Assembly: GCA_044368655.1 (NCBI GenBank)
Contig: JBIPPB010000004.1
Span: 566 to 64,565 of the forward strand
DNA from: Chitinophagales bacterium
GTDB lineage: Bacteria > Bacteroidota > Bacteroidia > Chitinophagales > JADJOU01
Direction of reading: 5' to 3'
Length of the DNA stretch: 64,000 bases
In this document: positions 9,257 through 19,046 of the stretch, piece by piece
Numbering within the stretch: the stretch's first letter is position 1
Layout: each line of letters begins with the position of its first letter
Position numbers and translations under genes: made by a program
The notes under the pieces: model-generated
Told to the model about the DNA's origin: nothing
Databases searched by the model: none
The model's input: the letters and a program-made list of their open reading frames with translations, nothing else

Positions 9257-12200
9257 ATGAGGTATCTTACTTGTTTGTTTCTTTTTTTCTCATTAAAATT
9301 AGCCGCTCAATATTTCCAAAGTCCAGATAATCCATATTATTGGAAGAATAAAAAACCGTACCAAAATTATTGGCAACAAGATATTGAATACCATATTAAT
9401 GCGAGCCTCGATGAACGATTAGAAATTATTTCGGGAGTTGAAAAAATTGTTTATACCAATAATTCACCAGATACCTTGTTTGAACTTTTTTTTAATTTAT
9501 ACCAAAATGCATTTATAAAAAATTCTTATTTGTCCGATTTACAAGATGCCAATGGTGTAAAACCAAAATTCGGATATTGGGAAAACCAAAATAAAGGCAA
9601 CGAAATCCGATCTTTAAAAGTCGACGGATTGCATTGTCGTCAAGAAATAGATGGAAGCATTATGCGAGTCGCTTTAAATAATCCCATTCCGCCAAATACA
9701 CAAGTAGAAATCGAAATCGATTTTAAAACGTATTACAGTATGGGTGGCGATACAAGACGAAGAATGAAGCGTTATATACATCAAAATCGAAAACATTTTA
9801 ATGGTGCGCATTGGTATCCTCGATTGGCAGTTTATGATCGAAAATTCAAATGGTGTACGGATCAGCATTTGAATAGAGAATTTTATGGTGATTTTGGCGA
9901 TTATTATGTAAATCTTACATTCCCTGCGGATTATATCGTAGAAGCTACGGGGTTGCTTCAAAATCGTAAGGAAGTCCTTCCGGATACGTTAAGGAAAAAA
10001 TTGGATTTATCGAATTTTTGGAATTTACCTTGGGACACCACAGTTTCGTTTCATCAGAAAATCGACAGCGGAGCTACCAAAACGTGGCGTTATGTTGCTC
10101 ATAATGTGCATGATTTTGCATGGATTGGGGGTCCTCATTATCGAATTCATGATTCTACCGCTAATGGCTTTCAAGTGGTCGCTTTAGTTCTAGAACCTCA
10201 TGCGTCGGGTTGGAAAACGGCAATTGACTTTACTCGAAATGTTATGGAAGTTTATCAAAAAGATATTGGTAAATATGCATATCCAAAAATGGTCGTAGCC
10301 GATTGTCAAGATGGAATGGAATACCCAATGCTCACTATGGACGGAGGTTCCGAACCAGGATATCGAAAATTACTAGCTCATGAAGTGGGGCATAACTGGT
10401 TTTACGGTATGGTCAATAATAATGAAACCTACCGAGCTATGCTCGATGAAGGATTTACGCAATTCCTTACGGTTTGGGCTTTAGAAGCTATTGATGGCAA
10501 ATATATTAAACAAAATGTATCTAAAAATAAATTAGCAAATAAAGTGCACGAACACACGTGTTCGCGCGAAGCCAATATTTATAATGGATATATGTATGAT
10601 GCCATGCGTTTGCGCGATCCTTCCTTAAATACCCATTCGGATGGATTTAACGGCGCTTTAGGTCAGGGTGGAGGATATGGACATGTGTATACCAAAACAG
10701 CAACGATGTTGTATAACTTACAGTATGTACTTGGAGATGCTTTGTTTTTAAATGCCATGCAGCATTATTTTAATCAATGGAGTTTTTGCCATCCTTATAT
10801 CGAAGATTTTAGACAGAGTATTATCGATTATACTAAAGTTGATTTAAATTGGTTTTTTGACCAATGGATAGAAACTTCTAAACATATTGATTATAAACTC
10901 TCTAAGCCAAAACTTTTGGATTCCAATTTTAATTATGAATTAAAGCTTAAACGAAAAGGTGAAATGCAAATGCCTTTAGATTTAACATTTCAAGGAAAAT
11001 CAGGCAATCGATACCATTTTTATATTCCAAATACGTGGTGGCAAAAAGAAACAAAAGCAAAGCCGCTTCAACGTTGGATAGGATGGGATAATAACTTAAA
11101 AACGACTTATAAAACATCGATTCATATTGGAGAACCGATTATTTATGGAACTATTGACACCTCAAGAAGATTAGCAGATATCAATGCGCTAAACAACAGT
11201 ACAAAGTTACCAGTTAAAACAAGATTGGATCATTTAATGGGCTATACGATTGATCGACATACCTATAATGTAAACCTAAGACCTGATTTATGGTATAACA
11301 ATACTGATGGTATAAAATTTGGTATACATGCCGATGGAAACTATATGCGATTTTTTCATAATTTTGAAGCGGACGTTTGGTTTAATTCAAGAATTGGCCA
11401 ATCTTGGATTCGTGAACAAAGTTTTGGTTGCGGTATTTATGATCCCATTGCATTTCGATTTAGCTATAGTCATCCTCTTGATAAATGGATTAAAAATAGC
11501 ACCATTTTTATTCAAACAAAATGGATGGACGGCATCGTAGGAGCTAAATTGGCTTTAAACAAAATATTCTCGGATAAATTACAAACCTATATTTCGTTTA
11601 AAACATTTGGATTGACGAATGATTATAGTTTAAATTATCAATATTTGCCAGATTTGGCTCGATCTAATGGAATGAATACAAGTTTGAGTTTGGGTTTTAA
11701 TTTTAATAATGTTTTTTCAAACATTTACCAAAAAAGCCGTCTCGAAATCCGAACGAGTTTGCTTAATCAAAATAGTTATAGTTATATTTCTTCTGAAAAT
11801 ACGTTTAAAAAATGGCTCGGACGCACGTTGCTATCTTCAAGATTTTTTGGACGAATTGGGGTGCATGCTTCTGAAAATAGTCCAGCATTTAATTCATTAC
11901 TTAATGCAGGTGGTGCCAATACGGAAGAGCTTCTTGAGGATGAATTTATGCGCGCGGTGGGGATTTTTCCAAACGAATTATTTAACGCATCTTCAAACAA
12001 TGCCTACCATCTTCAAATGGCAGGAGGCACGAATTTGCGTGGTTATGCATTTCGAAGAAATATTGTAGATGGAACAAATAACTATCAATTACTTGGTTAC
12101 AATTCAGGGTATTCTGCAAATTTTGAGTTCTTTTTCCATCATTTAAGTCCTATTAAATTTAGAAAAATAGCTCCAATAATTTGTTTTGAAACGTATTTGT

Positions 12201-12439
12201 TTTCGGATATTGGTCAATTGGCTAATACGTTGCAAAATTTTAATTTAATTGCAACACCAATATTGGCTGATGCAGGAATTGGCGCTGCGATTCATGTAAA
12301 AAGATGGGGGCAATTTGCCAAAGCCAATCCTTTATATTTTAGATTTGATATGCCATTATACGTATCGCACCCAAATCAAAACGACCAAAATCAGCATTTT
12401 GCTTTTCGTTGGTTAATTGGAGTTGGAAGGAGTTTTTGA
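9257..12439 (+). CDS. M1 family zinc aminopeptidase with long C-terminal beta-rich domain
   Basis: GMEYP, HEVGH (HExxH) and downstream DEG. Signal peptide. C-terminus WLIGVGRSF. Confidence 0.85.
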   Translation: MRYLTCLFLFFSLKLAAQYFQSPDNPYYWKNKKPYQNYWQQDIEYHINASLDERLEIISGVEKIVYTNNSPDTLFELFFNLYQNAFIKNSYLSDLQDANGVKPKFGYWENQNKGNEIRSLKVDGLHCRQEIDGSIMRVALNNPIPPNTQVEIEIDFKTYYSMGGDTRRRMKRYIHQNRKHFNGAHWYPRLAVYDRKFKWCTDQHLNREFYGDFGDYYVNLTFPADYIVEATGLLQNRKEVLPDTLRKKLDLSNFWNLPWDTTVSFHQKIDSGATKTWRYVAHNVHDFAWIGGPHYRIHDSTANGFQVVALVLEPHASGWKTAIDFTRNVMEVYQKDIGKYAYPKMVVADCQDGMEYPMLTMDGGSEPGYRKLLAHEVGHNWFYGMVNNNETYRAMLDEGFTQFLTVWALEAIDGKYIKQNVSKNKLANKVHEHTCSREANIYNGYMYDAMRLRDPSLNTHSDGFNGALGQGGGYGHVYTKTATMLYNLQYVLGDALFLNAMQHYFNQWSFCHPYIEDFRQSIIDYTKVDLNWFFDQWIETSKHIDYKLSKPKLLDSNFNYELKLKRKGEMQMPLDLTFQGKSGNRYHFYIPNTWWQKETKAKPLQRWIGWDNNLKTTYKTSIHIGEPIIYGTIDTSRRLADINALNNSTKLPVKTRLDHLMGYTIDRHTYNVNLRPDLWYNNTDGIKFGIHADGNYMRFFHNFEADVWFNSRIGQSWIREQSFGCGIYDPIAFRFSYSHPLDKWIKNSTIFIQTKWMDGIVGAKLALNKIFSDKLQTYISFKTFGLTNDYSLNYQYLPDLARSNGMNTSLSLGFNFNNVFSNIYQKSRLEIRTSLLNQNSYSYISSENTFKKWLGRTLLSSRFFGRIGVHASENSPAFNSLLNAGGANTEELLEDEFMRAVGIFPNELFNASSNNAYHLQMAGGTNLRGYAFRRNIVDGTNNYQLLGYNSGYSANFEFFFHHLSPIKFRKIAPIICFETYLFSDIGQLANTLQNFNLIATPILADAGIGAAIHVKRWGQFAKANPLYFRFDMPLYVSHPNQNDQNQHFAFRWLIGVGRSF

Positions 12440-12477
12440 TAAAATTATTAAATCTTTGTGTTATATTTTAATGTTTT

Positions 12478-13608
12478 TTAGTAAGATAAAGGATGTTCTT
12501 CTAAATATAAATAAAACATTATTAACTGAAGAATTAAGAAAATAAAAATTAAAATATATTTGAATTTTTTTGAATACATTTTATTTGAAATTGGATAAAA
12601 TAATGGAAAAATAATACTTGAATATCGATGAATGGAAATTATACTGCCTGCAATTAATGGAAGCAAAAGTTGGGATAAAATAAAAAAGCTAAATGAAAAG
12701 CTATGGATTTTAATACATTGGTAAATAGCTATTAATATTAAAATTATAAATAGAAAAGATAAGAACTGTACTTCAAGGGTGTTATTGTAAAATAAGCTCT
12801 TATAAGGCATTTGTATAGACTTATTCCAGCCTTTTTGAGCAATACTAAAAGCAAACAAACTTCCAGTATGTTTAAATTGATATAAAGACCAACAAGAAAA
12901 ACTAATTAACGAAATGAATGGAATAAAAATTTCTTTATTTTGAAAATAGGTATCTAATCTATAGAGCCCGTTAATTTTAATTTTATTAATTTCAATTATG
13001 TAAAATATAAAAGGAATAATTAGTAAAATGCCATTTGGTCTAATTAATGGTATTAAAAGCATGCATATACTAAAAATAAATAAACGATTTTGTTTTATTG
13101 AATTATAAGAAATAAGAACAATAGCTAAAAATAAACTTTCGGTATAAAATATGGAAAAGTAGAAATTGAAAGGAAAAGTTGCAAAAAAAATTGTACTGTA
13201 AAGAGCCTTATTTGTATTATTAAATTTATCTAACAAAAATAAATAAAGATGTTTTAATACAAAATAGTTGAAAATTAAACTTAAAATAAAAGCAGATAAA
13301 TAAAAATTAATATTTAATATTTTCATTAAAATTGAAATCAAAAAAGGATATAATGGAAAAAATGCCCATTCACTTTGCCTATAATTGTTAGCATCTATTT
13401 TTATTGAATCTTCAAAATTTAAAGTCGATTCATAGCCATTTTCTACTATTCCTTTATACCATCCACAGTCATTTTTACAAAATAAACTTGTAAAATCTTC
13501 TAAACGAGATACATTTATATTTTGAGAATGTACATAAAGCGTCCCAAATGAAATGTATATGAGTTTTAATCCTAATATAATTACTATGATTTTTAATTTA
13601 TAATGCAT
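12478..13608 (-). CDS. GT-C membrane glycosyltransferase (PIG-V/mannosyltransferase-like)
   Basis: DCGWY..IV.NGY, AFFPLYP, YTESLF and RPNG motifs. Many TM segments. Confidence 0.75.
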   Translation of the reverse strand: MHYKLKIIVIILGLKLIYISFGTLYVHSQNINVSRLEDFTSLFCKNDCGWYKGIVENGYESTLNFEDSIKIDANNYRQSEWAFFPLYPFLISILMKILNINFYLSAFILSLIFNYFVLKHLYLFLLDKFNNTNKALYSTIFFATFPFNFYFSIFYTESLFLAIVLISYNSIKQNRLFIFSICMLLIPLIRPNGILLIIPFIFYIIEINKIKINGLYRLDTYFQNKEIFIPFISLISFSCWSLYQFKHTGSLFAFSIAQKGWNKSIQMPYKSLFYNNTLEVQFLSFLFIILILIAIYQCIKIHSFSFSFFILSQLLLPLIAGSIISIHRYSSIIFPLFYPISNKMYSKKFKYILIFIFLILQLIMFYLYLEEHPLSY

Positions 13609-13638
13609 AGTTTAAAATATAATAAACTTCTATTTCGT

Positions 13639-14055
13639 TTAATGTTTTTGTTTGATTCCTAATTGATACCCAAGATACGCCATTGGAATATAGGCTAGAA
13701 ATAAGTCTAGTATGTTAAACCAAAGTGGTGAGGGTACCGAAAATACCATTGAAATACCACCAATAAGAAATACAACACCAACGGTTAAACTTAATCGCAA
13801 TTTTTTAGTTAAAAATCCAACAATTAAAGCGCCAATTAATGTTCCAATGGCATGGGCTAAAAAAGGAGCTAAAAAATGTATGGGTTCAAAAAATGGCATT
13901 GCTTTTTCAAGACCTTCGGGTGAATTTAAATCAAACCCAGAAGGAGGAGGAATGATTTTCATCATGAATTCAAGTATGCTCATATTAACAATTCTACCAA
14001 CGATAAGACCAAAAATTAAGGAAAAGATATTTTTTAAAATTTCTTTATAATTCAT
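13639..14055 (-). CDS. Small integral membrane protein of unknown function
   Basis: Four hydrophobic segments. PFLAHAIGT and P.WF..LDL..AYIPM motifs. Confidence 0.7.
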   Translation of the reverse strand: MNYKEILKNIFSLIFGLIVGRIVNMSILEFMMKIIPPPSGFDLNSPEGLEKAMPFFEPIHFLAPFLAHAIGTLIGALIVGFLTKKLRLSLTVGVVFLIGGISMVFSVPSPLWFNILDLFLAYIPMAYLGYQLGIKQKH

Positions 14056-14067
14056 ATGATTTCTTTT

Positions 14068-14094
14068 AAAAAAATAGCCTCTAAAAAGAGGCTA
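14068..14094 (-). terminator. Intrinsic terminator after the PLP enzyme gene
   Basis: TAGCCTCT-AAAA-AGAGGCTA stem-loop with a U-tract on the minus strand. Confidence 0.7.
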
Positions 14095-14105
14095 CTATAA
14101 TTTAA

Positions 14106-15350
14106 TTATGCAAGTGCTTGTTCGATATCTGAGATTAAATCTTTAGGATTTTCTACGCCTACCGAAAAACGAATCAATTTTTCAGTAACATTGATTTGAG
14201 CTTTGATCGCATCCGGAACCCCAGCGTGCGTCATACTGTATGGATGTTGAATTAAACTTTCGGTACTTCCAAGACTTACGGCCAACTTAATTAATTGAAG
14301 TTTATCTAAAAAGTCAAAGCATTCTTTTTCACCACCTTTTAAATCAAATGAAATCATAGCTCCTGGCTCCGAACATTGATTTTTGTATATACGCTCTTGT
14401 TCCGCATTTTCAAATTGATCAAAATAATATACTTTCTCTATTTTAGGATGTTGACGAAGATATTTTGCCAATACTTTTGCATTCTCACATTGACGCTCCA
14501 TTCGAAGATTAAGGGTTTCTAAACTTCGTGTCATCAACCAAGCTGTATGAGGTCCACTCATGCCACCTAGATTAGAACGCATTTTTTTAACTCTTGCGAT
14601 TTCTTTTTTACTTCCGATACAAACTCCCGCAACAATATCACTATGCCCACCAATATATTTAGTAGCGCTATAAACAACCATATCACAACCCATTTCTAAA
14701 GGATGTTGCCAAATTGGACCCATATACGTATTATCAGCTACGACATATACTTTCTTTTCAGGTGTTGATAGTTTTTTTGCAATACGCACGCACATTTCGA
14801 TGTCAATCAAAACATTGTTTGGATTAGCAGGCGTTTCTACAAAAATTACTGAAATTTTATCTTTAGCATCTGAAGCCTCTATCAATTTCATAATATCTTC
14901 TTCATTGTCATCAGGCATAAAACCTAATGCACCGATGTTATATCGACTTAAAATATTTTTGAAAAAACTATCCGAACCTCCATATAAAGGATTCGAATGT
15001 AAAACAACTTCTCCGGGTCTTAAATATTCCAACATCGTTGTTGAAATTGCAGCCATACCACTTTCAAAAACACATGCATCTTCACCACCTTTTTCATAAA
15101 TGGCTAAACGTGTTTCAACTATTTCTAAATTTGGATTGTTAAAACGACTATAAACAAGTCCATTTGATTGGCCTTCAGGTAATTGTCTTTTTCCAGTAAG
15201 TACTTCAAAAAAATCTTTACCTTCTTGTGCAGATCTAAAAACAAAGGTGCTGGTTTGAAAAATTGGCGTTTTAACACTACCTTCACTCCATTCTGGATTA
15301 TATCCAAAAGTCATCATTAAACTTTCGGGTTGCATTTTTGATTTGTCCAT
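14106..15350 (-). CDS. Cys/Met metabolism PLP enzyme (cystathionine gamma-synthase/methionine gamma-lyase family)
   Basis: YSRFNNP, SGMAAI, ETPANP, DNT, SATKYIGGHSD (PLP lysine), AVSLG..ESL. Confidence 0.9.
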   Translation of the reverse strand: MDKSKMQPESLMMTFGYNPEWSEGSVKTPIFQTSTFVFRSAQEGKDFFEVLTGKRQLPEGQSNGLVYSRFNNPNLEIVETRLAIYEKGGEDACVFESGMAAISTTMLEYLRPGEVVLHSNPLYGGSDSFFKNILSRYNIGALGFMPDDNEEDIMKLIEASDAKDKISVIFVETPANPNNVLIDIEMCVRIAKKLSTPEKKVYVVADNTYMGPIWQHPLEMGCDMVVYSATKYIGGHSDIVAGVCIGSKKEIARVKKMRSNLGGMSGPHTAWLMTRSLETLNLRMERQCENAKVLAKYLRQHPKIEKVYYFDQFENAEQERIYKNQCSEPGAMISFDLKGGEKECFDFLDKLQLIKLAVSLGSTESLIQHPYSMTHAGVPDAIKAQINVTEKLIRFSVGVENPKDLISDIEQALA

Positions 15351-15364
15351 TTTATTTAATTTGA

Positions 15365-16075
15365 TTATTGAAATTTACGATTAATGATATCAAGAAAAGT
15401 TTGATATATATCATCTAACTCACTGATATTATATTTTTGGGCGTATTGGTTCATTAAATCTACAGATTCATTTAATGATTTTTTTTGATTTATCTTCATT
15501 AAACACTCTGAAAGTTCGATGGAGTTTCCTTTGAAGAATTTCTCAACTAAACCAATTCGAGCATTTAGATCAATAAAATCATATATTTCCTTTCCTACTT
15601 TTTCTGCCTTTTGTCCAAAAATTGGTTTTTCAATTTTTGGAGTCTCCTTTTCAATTGCTTTTTCTTCTACTTTTTTATTTTCAACAACATTTACGGGTTC
15701 GATTTCTACTTTTGCATTTTCTGTTTTTTCAAAATCAAAATTAAAAGATTCTATCGAAAATATTTCATTTTCTGGAGTATTCAAGCTCTCTTTAGTCTCT
15801 TCTATATCGTTGTTTGATTTCGTTTCAATTGTGTCGTCTAAAGTTATTTCTAGTGGAATTTCTTTAGATTTTATAGTTTCAATTACTTCTTTGTGCGTAT
15901 CCGTAATTAATGTATAATTGTTAGGAGATAAATCTTTAACTAAAGCATATAAATTTTTGATATCTTCGAGCATGATATCTTTTTTTAATTCATCAAATTC
16001 ACTCGCTTTAATATCAATATATGTGCTATAAATTCTTTTTATAATTTGATCAATTTTTGGTGTGGGTGTGTTCAT
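15365..16075 (-). CDS. Hypothetical protein with acidic linker and conserved-looking C-terminal helical domain
   Basis: 236-aa ORF. IDLN.RI....FF.G C-terminal motif. Confidence 0.6.
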   Translation of the reverse strand: MNTPTPKIDQIIKRIYSTYIDIKASEFDELKKDIMLEDIKNLYALVKDLSPNNYTLITDTHKEVIETIKSKEIPLEITLDDTIETKSNNDIEETKESLNTPENEIFSIESFNFDFEKTENAKVEIEPVNVVENKKVEEKAIEKETPKIEKPIFGQKAEKVGKEIYDFIDLNARIGLVEKFFKGNSIELSECLMKINQKKSLNESVDLMNQYAQKYNISELDDIYQTFLDIINRKFQ

Positions 16076-16118
16076 TTTTCGTATTATTTAAAAAAAAAAA
16101 GATATTATTGCCGAATAA

Positions 16119-16691
16119 TTGTATAAAAATATAAACTTTTTGCAAAGAAACGAATTTTTTTTTGGAAAGATCGAAGTAATTTGTGGTTCTATGTTTTCTG
16201 GTAAAACAGAAGAACTCATTCGTAGGCTTAATCGAGCTATTATTGCTCGGAAAGAAGTGGTTATATTTAAGCCCGAATTAGATCAAAGATATAGTTCGGA
16301 TCATTTGGTTTCTCATAATCAATCTAAAATTCCAGCCATTGCAGTCGGCAATACCAAATTAATTTTAGAAATGTCAAAAAAACATGAAGTCATTGGAATT
16401 GATGAAGCACAATTTTTTGATGAAGGATTATTAAATGTTTGTGAAATTCTTGCTAAAGAAGGAAAAAGAGTAGTTATTGCGGGTTTAGATATGGATTATC
16501 TGGGTAAACCTTTTGGAATTATGCCACAATTGATGGCTATTTCTGATGAAGTTCTTAAACTACATGCGGTTTGTATGCAATGTGGCGAACAAGCCGTTTT
16601 TAGTAAAAGACTCCATCACGCTAGCGATACCGTATTGTTAGGTGCAAAAGAAAATTATGAACCTCGTTGTAGGTTTTGTTATTTTAACTAG
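16119..16691 (+). CDS. tdk: Thymidine kinase
   Basis: GSMFSGKTEEL, IDEAQFF, AGLDMD..G.PF, Zn-binding CxxC pairs. Start is TTG at 16119 or 16140. Confidence 0.95.
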   Translation: MYKNINFLQRNEFFFGKIEVICGSMFSGKTEELIRRLNRAIIARKEVVIFKPELDQRYSSDHLVSHNQSKIPAIAVGNTKLILEMSKKHEVIGIDEAQFFDEGLLNVCEILAKEGKRVVIAGLDMDYLGKPFGIMPQLMAISDEVLKLHAVCMQCGEQAVFSKRLHHASDTVLLGAKENYEPRCRFCYFN

Positions 16692-16701
16692 TCTTTAAAA
16701 A

Positions 16702-17804
16702 TTACCATTTTTTTAAAGATTTAAAATATGCAAAGAAAGGTAAGATGCATAATAAAAGCTGCAACGGAAAGTCAAATATAAAGGTATAATAAAAGAGTTT
16801 TCTTTTTAAATTCAGTCCTTTTTCTAAATGAAAGATCCAATACATTTTTGTTATAAGATAAATACTCAAAAAGAAAAATATAATCAAATGAAATGAGAAG
16901 TAGCTCATCCAAGCCCAGACGATTACCCAAAATAAAACACTTAAAAATGGCATCATTCCCAATAATATTATTTGCATAGATAGATAGGTCTTTCCTCCTG
17001 CAATGTGTCTGTTTTTTTGTTTTAAGTATTGTAATAATGATTTTGTAGCATAGCTAAAAACCTTAACGTCGGTCATGATTTCTATTTTTGTTTTATCTGA
17101 AATAGATTGTACTATCGTATCATCATCCGCAAAGCCAAATGCTCCAAAACTATTTAAATAGTCGTCATTCCATAATTTTTTTCGGAAAGCCATGTTTCTT
17201 CCGATGCCCATATACGCATTACCTTTAAGCGTTTGAGAAAGATATTGCAATATGGTATTGAGAGCGTCAAAACGAACAAATTGGCTTAAAATATTAGTAT
17301 GGCTAATATATGGAGAAACGCCCAAAACGCAATCGATATAATGGTTTGAAAAAGGAGTAATTAATTCATAAAGCCATAAATCGGACTCTGGATAACAATC
17401 CGCGTCAATTGTAGCAATGAGATCATACTTTGCTTTTTGAATACCAAAATGTAATGCTTGTTTTTTAAGAGAATAGGGGAGTTGCATTTCCGAAATATCC
17501 CAAAACTGAATATTTTTTTCTTGGAGATTTAATAAATATTCAAGCGTGTCATTTTTTAATTGATTTCCAATGATTACAATTTCAAAATTGATATTTTTTT
17601 GTTGAATAATTCGAGGAAGATAATTTTTTAGATGTGGAGCTTCGCCTTTTATGCAAAGGATAACACTTACGGCATCATTGATATTTGAATACTGCTTTTT
17701 TTTTTACTTAAAAATCTAAATAAATCATTATAATAGTAAAAATGCCAATAAAGCAAAAAACAAAGAATCCCTAAAAGAAAACTTCCGAAAAGCAATTCGA
17801 TCAT
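16702..17804 (-). pseudogene. GT2 glycosyltransferase frameshifted at a poly-A10 tract (phase-variable gene, pseudogene or homopolymer error)
   Basis: ATG 17804 gives a TM leader MIELLFGSFLLGILCFLLYW...SKKK that stops soon after. The GT2 start AVSVILCIKGEAPHLKNYLP...FEIVII, then DADC and GRNMAFRK, continue in the -1 frame after T10 at 17696-17705. Confidence 0.8.
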
Positions 17805-17814
17805 GTTATTCGTT

Positions 17815-18399
17815 TTAGTAAAATGTAAAGGTATTAATTAAATGCAATAAATCCTTGTCGATAAATTGAATAACCGGTCTCATTGAATCAATATTTGGCT
17901 GGTTTTCGTAATACATGGCACCTCGGATAAAATGATTTTTTTGGTCTGTTAAAACAAATTGTTTATCCGAAGCAGCATTGCCTCCTACAGAATAAATTAA
18001 ACCTTTTATTTTAGGGTTGTCTATAATACTGTCTTTGATATAACTTGCTTTTATGGTATGTTTTGAAGTTAAACGGTAGTTGTCTTCCATCAAACGAAGC
18101 AGCGTATCCGTGTTTTCAAAATATTTATAGCTAATATGAAGCGTTCCATTAAATTGAGGAAAAACAATATTGACCCAACAACTGTCGCCTTTTAATCTTT
18201 GATTTCTAAAAAAATCTTTAGATTGAATTTGAGCATAAGTTGGAATTTCAAATTCAAAATCACACTCTGAAATATATTTTGTATAACTTTTTTTTGGAAA
18301 ATAAACTCTAGGGTAGGATTTTTCTTTAGGCAACTGTTGCGTACATGAAACGAAGATAACTATCAATAAAAATTGCAGTAGCCATAAATTTCGTTTCAT
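17815..18399 (-). CDS. gldD: Gliding motility lipoprotein GldD
   Basis: Lipobox FVSC. YPR..FP, H..KA..I, GNAAS..QF.LTD...HFIRG.MY, DS..P motifs. Confidence 0.88.
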   Translation of the reverse strand: MKRNLWLLQFLLIVIFVSCTQQLPKEKSYPRVYFPKKSYTKYISECDFEFEIPTYAQIQSKDFFRNQRLKGDSCWVNIVFPQFNGTLHISYKYFENTDTLLRLMEDNYRLTSKHTIKASYIKDSIIDNPKIKGLIYSVGGNAASDKQFVLTDQKNHFIRGAMYYENQPNIDSMRPVIQFIDKDLLHLINTFTFY

Positions 18400-18426
18400 A
18401 AAGATATTTTCAATCAAAATAAATGA

Positions 18427-18987
18427 TTACTTTTTCTTTCCTTTAGGAATTAAGGTCATAAACATTCTTCTTCCTTCTAGTTTTGGCATTGCTTCTACAC
18501 TTGCAACATCTTCGAGTCGCTTAGCAAAGTTTAACAACAATAAATTACCTCGATCTTTAAAAACAATATCACGACCTCTAAACATCACATAACATTTTAC
18601 TTTATCCCCATCATTTAAAAATTTCTCAGCATGTTTTGCTTTAAAATCCAAATCATGTTCGTCGGTATTTGAAGAAAATCGAATTTCTTTGATAACGGTT
18701 TTTACAGCTTTAGCTTTTATTTCTTTGTCTCTTTTTTTCTTTTCGTAAAGAAACTTTTTGTAATCCATTATTTTACAAACAGGAGGATCCACATTTGGAG
18801 AAATTTCAACCAAGTCTAATTCTTGTTGGTAGGCCATCTCTAATGCTTTATCTGTATAGTAAATGCCCGGTTCGATATTTTCACCGACAAGTCTTATTTG
18901 GCTATTTGTGATTTTTTCGTTAATTCGATGTTCGTCTTCTTTCTTAACGAATCTGTTATTTCTTTGAAAAGGTTTTTTCTGCAAAAT
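18427..18987 (-). CDS. infC: Translation initiation factor IF-3
   Basis: RINE.I, LDLVEISP...PPVCKIMDYKKF.YE, KEIRF, FRGR. In-frame ATT at 18987-18985 directly precedes the TTG. Confidence 0.95.
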   Translation of the reverse strand: MLQKKPFQRNNRFVKKEDEHRINEKITNSQIRLVGENIEPGIYYTDKALEMAYQQELDLVEISPNVDPPVCKIMDYKKFLYEKKKRDKEIKAKAVKTVIKEIRFSSNTDEHDLDFKAKHAEKFLNDGDKVKCYVMFRGRDIVFKDRGNLLLLNFAKRLEDVASVEAMPKLEGRRMFMTLIPKGKKK

Positions 18988-19046
18988 GTTAAAAATTTAA
19001 TTTTGAGTGTAAAAATAATTAGATTCTTCTAATTTCAAAGTTTTTT

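Noticed and set aside
16090..16100. A11 run in the divergent tdk intergenic region as a phase-variable promoter
   Set aside because: Intergenic A runs are common in this AT-rich sequence, and no flanking promoter boxes were clearly placed around it.
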